DNA from: Macrostomum hystrix
Lineage: Eukaryota; Animalia; Platyhelminthes
Assembly (NCBI GenBank): GCA_950097015.1
Contig: CATNEN010000029.1
Location: 4,402,001 to 4,466,000 of the forward strand
Direction: 5' to 3'
DNA: 64,000 bases
How positions within the stretch are numbered: position 1 is the stretch's first letter; each line of letters starts with the position of its first letter. Below the pieces are notes generated by a model. That model saw only the letters and a program-made list of their open reading frames with translations, was not told the DNA's origin and did no database searches. Shown piece by piece: positions 57,667-64,000 of this stretch. The position numbers and the translations under genes were made by a program.

Positions 57667-59110
57667 CCTCCAATCCCTAACGGAATCTCCAATCCCTAAC
57701 GGAGTCCCAATCCCAAATAGATCTCCAAACCATAACGGAATCCCAATCCCTAACGGAATCCCTAATCCCAAACGAAAAGGAATCCTAATCTCTAACGGAA
57801 TCTCCAATCCCTAACGGAATCTCCAATCCCTAACGGAATCTCCAATCCCTAACGGAATCTCCAATCCCTAACGGAATCTCCAATCCCTAACGGAATCTAC
57901 AATCCCTAACGGAATCCCAATCCCAAACGGAATCTCCAATCCCTAACGGAATCCCAATCCCTAACGGAATCCCAATCCCTTACGGAATCTCCAATCCCTA
58001 ACGGAATCCCAATCCCTAACGGAATCCCAATCCCTAACGGAATCCCAATCCCTTACGGAATCCCAAACCATAACGGAATCCCAATCCCTAACGGAATCCC
58101 AATCCCTAACGGAATCCCAATCCCTTACGGAATCCCAAACCATAACGGAATCCCAATCCCTAACGGAATCCCAATCCCTAACGGTATCCCAATCCCTAAC
58201 GGAATCTCCAATCCCTAACGGAATCCCAATCCCTAACGGAATCTCCAATCCCTAACGAAATCTCCAATCCCTAACGGAATCTACAATCCCTAACGGAATC
58301 CCAATCCCTAACGGAATCCCAATCCCTAACGGAGTCCCAATCCCAAATAGATCTCCAAACCATAACGGAATCCCAATCCCTAACGGAATCCCTAATCCCA
58401 AACGAAAAGGAATCCTAATCTCTAACGGAATCTCCAATCCCTAACGGAATCTCCAATCCCTAACGGAATCTCCAATCCCTAACGGAATCTCCAATCCCTA
58501 ACGGAATCTCCAATCCCTAACGGAATCTACAATCCCTAACGGAATCCCAATCCCAAACGGAATCCAAATCCCTAACGGAATCCCTAATCCCAAACGAAAC
58601 GGAATCCCAATCTCTAACGGAATCTCCAATCCCTAACGGAATCTCCAATCCCTAACGGAATCTCCAATCCCTAACGGAATCTCCAATCCCTAACGGAATC
58701 TCCAATCCCTAACGGAATCTCCAATCCCTAACGGAATCTCCAATCCCTAACGGAATCTCCAATCCCTAACGGAATCTCCAATCCCTAACGGAATCTCCAA
58801 TCCCTAACGGAATCCCAATCCCTAACGGAATCCAAATCCCTAACGGAATCCCAATCCCTAACGGAATCCCAATCCCTAACGGAATCCCAATCCCTAACGG
58901 AATCCCAATCCCTAACGGAGTCCCAATCCCAAATAGATCTCCAAACCATAACGGAATCCCAATCCCTAACGGAATCCCTAATCCCTAACGAAACGGAATC
59001 CCAATCCCTAAAGGAATCCCTAATCCCTAACGAAACGGAATCCCAATCCCTAACGGAATCCCTAATCCCTAACGAAACGGAATCCCAATCCCTAACAGAT
59101 TCTCCAATCC
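57667..59110. repeat. 18/19-bp minisatellite containing CCCTAA
   Basis: cggaatctccaatccctaa; ~600-bp higher-order blocks. Confidence 0.97.
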
Positions 59111-59769
59111 CTCACTCTTTTAAATTACAATAGCATTTAATCGTAGCAAATCAACAGGTTCTTACTCCATTCAGGTAGATGATTTTCGAGCTTATAAATG
59201 ACGACAGCTTTGATGCGAACATGATTTGACAGCCGATGCAAATCTAATCGGACAAACTTGACGCTCAGATTCTACAGATTCTACCAAGTCTATCGTTGAG
59301 TCTGACATAGGATAAGCGACGGGAACTATAAAAGATACAGCTAGATATTTCCCATGGGATTAGCGCTTAAAAGCTGCGGCCGAGTTCTTCCCGACTCTGC
59401 TGCTGTTCCCCAATCCCTACATCTCTGACTCCCGCATTGACCAACCGTGTGGGAAGGAGGCGAGAGCGGAGTGGGGACAGCAGTAAGAACTCCTGAACCC
59501 TCACCCGCCTCAATCGGCAACAGAAATACTTTTCGATCTTCTGTCTTTGGAGGGCCACTGGTAGCCGATGGAGCTGTATTTTAACACGCGGCCGTTAACA
59601 GGGGTGGGCTAACAGGCTAGTGTTAGGTTATTTTGGGAAAAAAACCTGAGCGACTTATTAGCTCAGACAAATTCAAAACCTATAGAAAAGTTCTTTTAAG
59701 CTAGATCGAATGACTTCTTATTGTACAAATTAAATTCTTAAAGGCTTTCTTGGATAGACACATAAAATT

Positions 59770-60035
59770 ACACATAACGCAGTTGTAGCGTCTCGAACCA
59801 AGGTCCGTGAGCTCGATTCCGCGGCGAGGCCACAATCATTCATTTGACGCAATTGAGGGCCCACAAGGCACAGTGAAAATGTACACTGCTTGATGATGAA
59901 AAAGTCAGGGCAGATGTACACACCTGTGTGAGTGTGTGCTCAGGAGTCAGCGAAATAGGCAGAATTTCCTCCTCGCTGGCTGCGTGTCACCAAATAATGT
60001 GCTCTTGTCCGCAGCCCTCCTGCAATTATTATCAT
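59770..60035 (+). mobile_element. SINE family B, deleted copy
   Basis: Shares accaaggtcc..tcgattcc, cacagtgaaa.tgtacactgc, ctcaggagtcagcgaaat, ctcctgcaattatt. Confidence 0.8.
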
Positions 60036-60043
60036 TGTTAGCC

Positions 60044-60142
60044 CAGTTGGACCTGATGTGCATCCAGTGATCCAGTCCGTGGACTGAACAGGGACAGCCA
60101 CATCCATTCAAAGTTTAATCCCAGCTAATGCTGTTACCCATT
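60044..60142 (-). mobile_element. SINE family A degenerate fragment
   Basis: Reverse complement resembles aatgggtaccagcatcagctgggat...cagtccgtggactg. Confidence 0.55.
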
Positions 60143-61469
60143 TTCATCCTGTCTGGCACCAAAGTTCGAAGCTCCAGATACTAAGCCTAAATCGACGTTT
60201 GTCTTGCCGAACGCAATTCGACAGTCTCCAAGTCAACGCTATAACTATTCGAAGTCCGGTTTCGGAGGCCGGCATGTGTCAGATTCTTCAGGCCGGCCTG
60301 TGTGAACTTTTTCGCTAGTTTTTCCCCTTGTTTATTTTGCGTCCCTCAGCACCACTTGTTGCTATGCTGTGCCATATTCCAGTTCGTGTTTGAGCCGCTT
60401 CCCCACTTACGCTCACACTCCGGCATCGAATCCCTAATCAAGCGAGCAGAAACTCGGATTTGTCACCCCCAACAGGCTAGAAGAGCTGTGGAATGGAAAG
60501 CGGGCCAAAGCTCGCCAGAATTCAAACTGCCACTGACTGGAGCGATAGATAATTGTCAAAGGCGGGTGAGTTCATAAAGGAGGAAGGAAGGAGCGGCGCG
60601 GGTCAGGAGAGAGGGAGAGAGGAGAACAGAAATTGGAGCTAATCAGAATCTTCCCTTTCTACCTCTGAGTCGAATTTGATCAGGTCTAGGCCAGCCTTGT
60701 GAGTATATGCTCATTCTTGTATAAATAAGCTTTTACTGTCTGATGAAGTCCAGGGCACAGTACGAGCTAGATCCCTGACTGGGGAAGAAGTGGAACTTAT
60801 ATTAGACCGCCAGAAGTTCCTGTTTGTACAGTATCCCCAAGTCATAAAATCAGGGATCACAACTGGTTTGGAAATAACGTGCAATAACATATGATATCCA
60901 AATATAAATTATATTATATCGGGAGCTTGTAGTTAGTTTTGGCTTTTGTATTCTCAGAATAAGCTCATCCGTCTGTGAGGTCTGTGAAATTAAGATTTTT
61001 TGTCGCTTGTATTTCGCATTTCAGCCTCTTAGTTCTCAGTGATCTTAGTTTGAATCATCGTGGGGTCTTAATGATTACCACGAAGTTCTATTATACTCCA
61101 AAATTGTATATTTATGTAGGCTTGTGGACTACTACTAATACTACTAATACTACCGGTGGAACAAAAGTCTTGTCGTTAGTACCTCCAGACAAGCAAAACG
61201 TGAAAACAAAACGTGGTCATGTCCCATAGAAACAGGAAATCAGATCGGGACTGTAAGGGCTCTGCTAAATCATGGCAACAGAACAACGCTATTGCTGGAA
61301 ATCACGTTAAGAGTCGAGCAACGGTCGAGCGTCCTCTTAGGCTCATTTTCCGAATGCGTTTTCCAAGGCTCGTTGCATGCCATATAGACACTCGAATGAG
61401 TTTGACTCTAAGTGAAGTTTGTCTATAGCCATTGTTTAACAGTAAAATTACTAAGGGGGATTTTCCTGA

Positions 61470-61945
61470 CATTTTTTTGCTGCACCCGAACGGAACAATG
61501 CAAGCACACGAAACTCAAGAACACGGGCCAACTTTTTGTTGCGCATCTTCTGAAACAAGAAACAAGTCGCCAGCTCTTCAGACCGTCGAGATATTCAATG
61601 TTTCTGGCCGAAGGTCCGATTTTTCCCATGAGAGCTAGTGTATTTCATACACCCCTATACACGAAATTGCACTGCGCCTCAGTGCGGCCTTTCCAGACCT
61701 TCAAACTTTATCAGCATGTCATCCGAATGTGCTTGCATCATCTCCGACTTCGGCGGTCACCGACCTTTATCTAGATCTATCTCTCTAATCTATCTAGACC
61801 TTCAAGAGCTACAACAGGTGGAACTAGGCCACTATGGACACCCTGACGCGAATTTCTCCAATTTCACTGTTCAAGCCTAACTATTAGGCGCAGCTCAACC
61901 ACAGGACACCCTCGACTAGTCTGTCAACCAATCAGTCACCCCCAA
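61470..61945 (-). mobile_element. Family C repeat
   Basis: Reverse complement of 15063-15530. Confidence 0.75.
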
Positions 61946-63859
61946 AGCATTCAGGCGCTGGCAAAAACATTTTCAGGGGGGAATTCCCCCCCCCTTGGTA
62001 TAAAAACGGTCGGCAAAATGGCTTGGTAGTCCTACTGTTAAATGAAGAATCATGAAATAAGAATATATTTGAAGCTGAGTAATACATTAAATGACAATGC
62101 TTTCATTCCACCAAAACGTATGCCTAAAAAGTTTGCCGTAGGTTTTTTGTAAAATGCTACCTTTTTTTAAAATCTAATACTTCGTATGAGAAGTATTTCG
62201 TTCCACCTATAAATTTTCAATTCGTGCATTATACTCGTAATATACGAGTATATGACTATTTATGACCTATTCCAAATTCCAAAAAATTAATTGATATTTA
62301 ATTAGATTTACATACATTAGAGACACTCGCACAAAGAGTTGGAGGTATTTACCGCTACAATGCAACATTGCAGCACAATTTTCAGAAGAATTAAGTGTAT
62401 CCCGGCTGTCCCTATCTATAAGTCAATAACAGATTTATCGCACTGGACTGAGATTCGCATATTAATGCTTAAGTCTTCCCCTCATTCTCCTCATTGGGTG
62501 TGTGGTCCCACTGTGAGCTTTCACTGGAATCTATGAGAATGGGAGAATGCGGGGGGCGATCTGACGCCGCAGGCAGGCGTGAAATGTCCTGACAGGCCGT
62601 GAGGATGGCCTTGCCTGGGATCTGCATGGGAGCTCAGATCGAGTGAGAGAAAATAACTTTGAAGTAGCGGAAGAGAATTCCTGGCCAATCCATTCATTGG
62701 GCTCATTGAGCACATTGAGCACAAGAAACCGAGCAGCTATTCCAGACAAATGGGGGCCATCAATCAAGGCTGATCCAATGGGAGCGGACTTGTGCGATAA
62801 GGTGCAAGCGCATGCAGTTAAGAGTAGGCATTGAAGAGTCAAACTTTGTCTATTTTAATATCATTTTATTGCATAGAATGTTTATGAATGTGCTTATCTA
62901 TATCAATGTTATTCTTAGTAGCTCGTAGTATTTGTACTTTTACGTAGTATTCCATACTTTGTTTTTATCTGACATACGCGTATATTAATTAGCTTAACAG
63001 CCCATGATGTGATAGAAATACTCGTACAACTCAGTGATCTATAAACCCATTGTATTTTCGTTACGCGTAACCTCACCAAGCTCCATATGCAATGTCCTTA
63101 GAGTCTCCTCTTTTTCTCTATGTCTCACTCCCTCTTTGAAAGTAATTCATTTCAAGTGAAGTTCCTGTTTCCGCCAACGAGTAGGTCTCTAGCACATAGC
63201 AGGCCAATCACTTTGCTAGTATTCATCTGCCTGATTGATCAGAGTTATTTGAATTAGCTTATTATGCTGCTTGCTTGCTTTCACCTGCCTGGTTTTCTCC
63301 TGATCAAAGTAGCGGATTATAAGGCGAAATAGTTTATTGAACTAGCGACATCGATTCTATAGCTATTGTTGGCTGTGCTCCGATCATCGATCACCCATGC
63401 TGGACTGAGCACTGAGCTTCTGTATGGCTATGGCTTGCACGGGACCTAAATGCGTGTACAGCCCCTACGTAAAAGGGGACTTAGATAAAATGGATATATT
63501 TTAGGCAGGGAAAACTGTACTTTGATTCTAATAACGAAATATGCGGTAAAGATAGGACTCAAAGAGATGCTGCTGCAGATACGTTAATCGATGAAAAGAA
63601 ATGCATAATGCCTGATTGAAAATTTCTTCCTGCTCATGCAAAAGGTACATACGCTCTAAAACAATGCATATTTTTTACCTGTCTTCATACTGAAGACGAT
63701 TTTGTTTGTCGCCACGAAATGAATTAAATGCTTAAGGATGAAATCTGAGCTTCACACCAGGAGCTTTAGTTTATCCAGGTGTGTTGTACACAAATTTATT
63801 TTGCTCTGCGCGCGCACAATCAACTATTTCTCATCACCAGCTCGGAATATGCATTACCA

Positions 63860-64000
63860 AGTCCTACGGCTCATGCGTATCTCAGTCACTGTAACTGTGA
63901 AGCTAACAGTCAACTGCAACATCGAGCCTGACAAATACCCACTGCCCCCGGATCGACGAACTTATCGCTAAGCTGGCAGGCGGGAAAGCTAAGCTCGACT
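63860..64000 (+). mobile_element. Ty3/gypsy reverse-transcriptase remnant (frameshifted)
   Basis: VKLTVNCNIEPDKYPLP, then shifted RIDELIAKLAGGKAKLD, matching YPLPRIxDLxxxLxGxxxFSKLD. Confidence 0.75.

Noticed and set aside
718-59110. Repeat arrays as CRISPR
   Set aside because: Head-to-tail monomers with no unique spacers, no cas genes, eukaryotic context.
61200-61390. Possible BEL/Pao protease remnant (VRALLNHG)
   Set aside because: Catalytic Asp absent and only a few residues match; too weak to call.
59160-63700. Further upstream dystrophin exons
   Set aside because: Several donor-like sites (59165, 59505, 60411) but no open frame with spectrin or CH character and matching phase; upstream exons probably lie outside the window.

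Overview
Eukaryotic (metazoan) genomic DNA with two intron-rich genes, both on the minus strand, arranged head-to-tail. (1) 17847->57174 and probably beyond the right edge: the central-to-C-terminal part of a dystrophin/utrophin-family gene (spectrin-like repeats, WW, EF-hand region, ZZ finger, coiled coils, ancestral '...[23 protein letters not shown]' end). I reconstructed 19 exons whose splice phases close into one frame (2135 codons from 55965), plus a probable internal promoter and unique first exon at ~35.9 kb giving a ~1797-aa short isoform. (2) 14311->1416, continuing past the left edge: a BLTP2/KIAA0100/hobbit bridge-like lipid-transfer gene (16 exons, 1564 codons, one GC-AG intron). 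About 18-19 kb (~29%, my estimate) is intronic micro/minisatellite, with ~30 arrays that almost all have different monomers. There are also two tRNA-derived SINE families, non-autonomous DNA-transposon-like repeats, and LINE and Ty3/gypsy remnants. GC-rich polyQ/A/G exons, tiny introns and minisatellite-filled introns suggest a Macrostomum-like flatworm; this is inference only. Most notable observations: a minisatellite whose monomer is a copy of a microexon's 3' splice junction; reverse-complementary 12-mer arrays flanking a frame-neutral exon pair (circRNA/skipping candidate); the internal promoter isoform; a possible dual-frame microexon; a 4x MEF2/E-box cluster; and a minisatellite continuous with a SINE target site. 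Homology calls come from remembered human DMD/BLTP2 sequences and hand translation, not database searches. Repeat boundaries are approximate.
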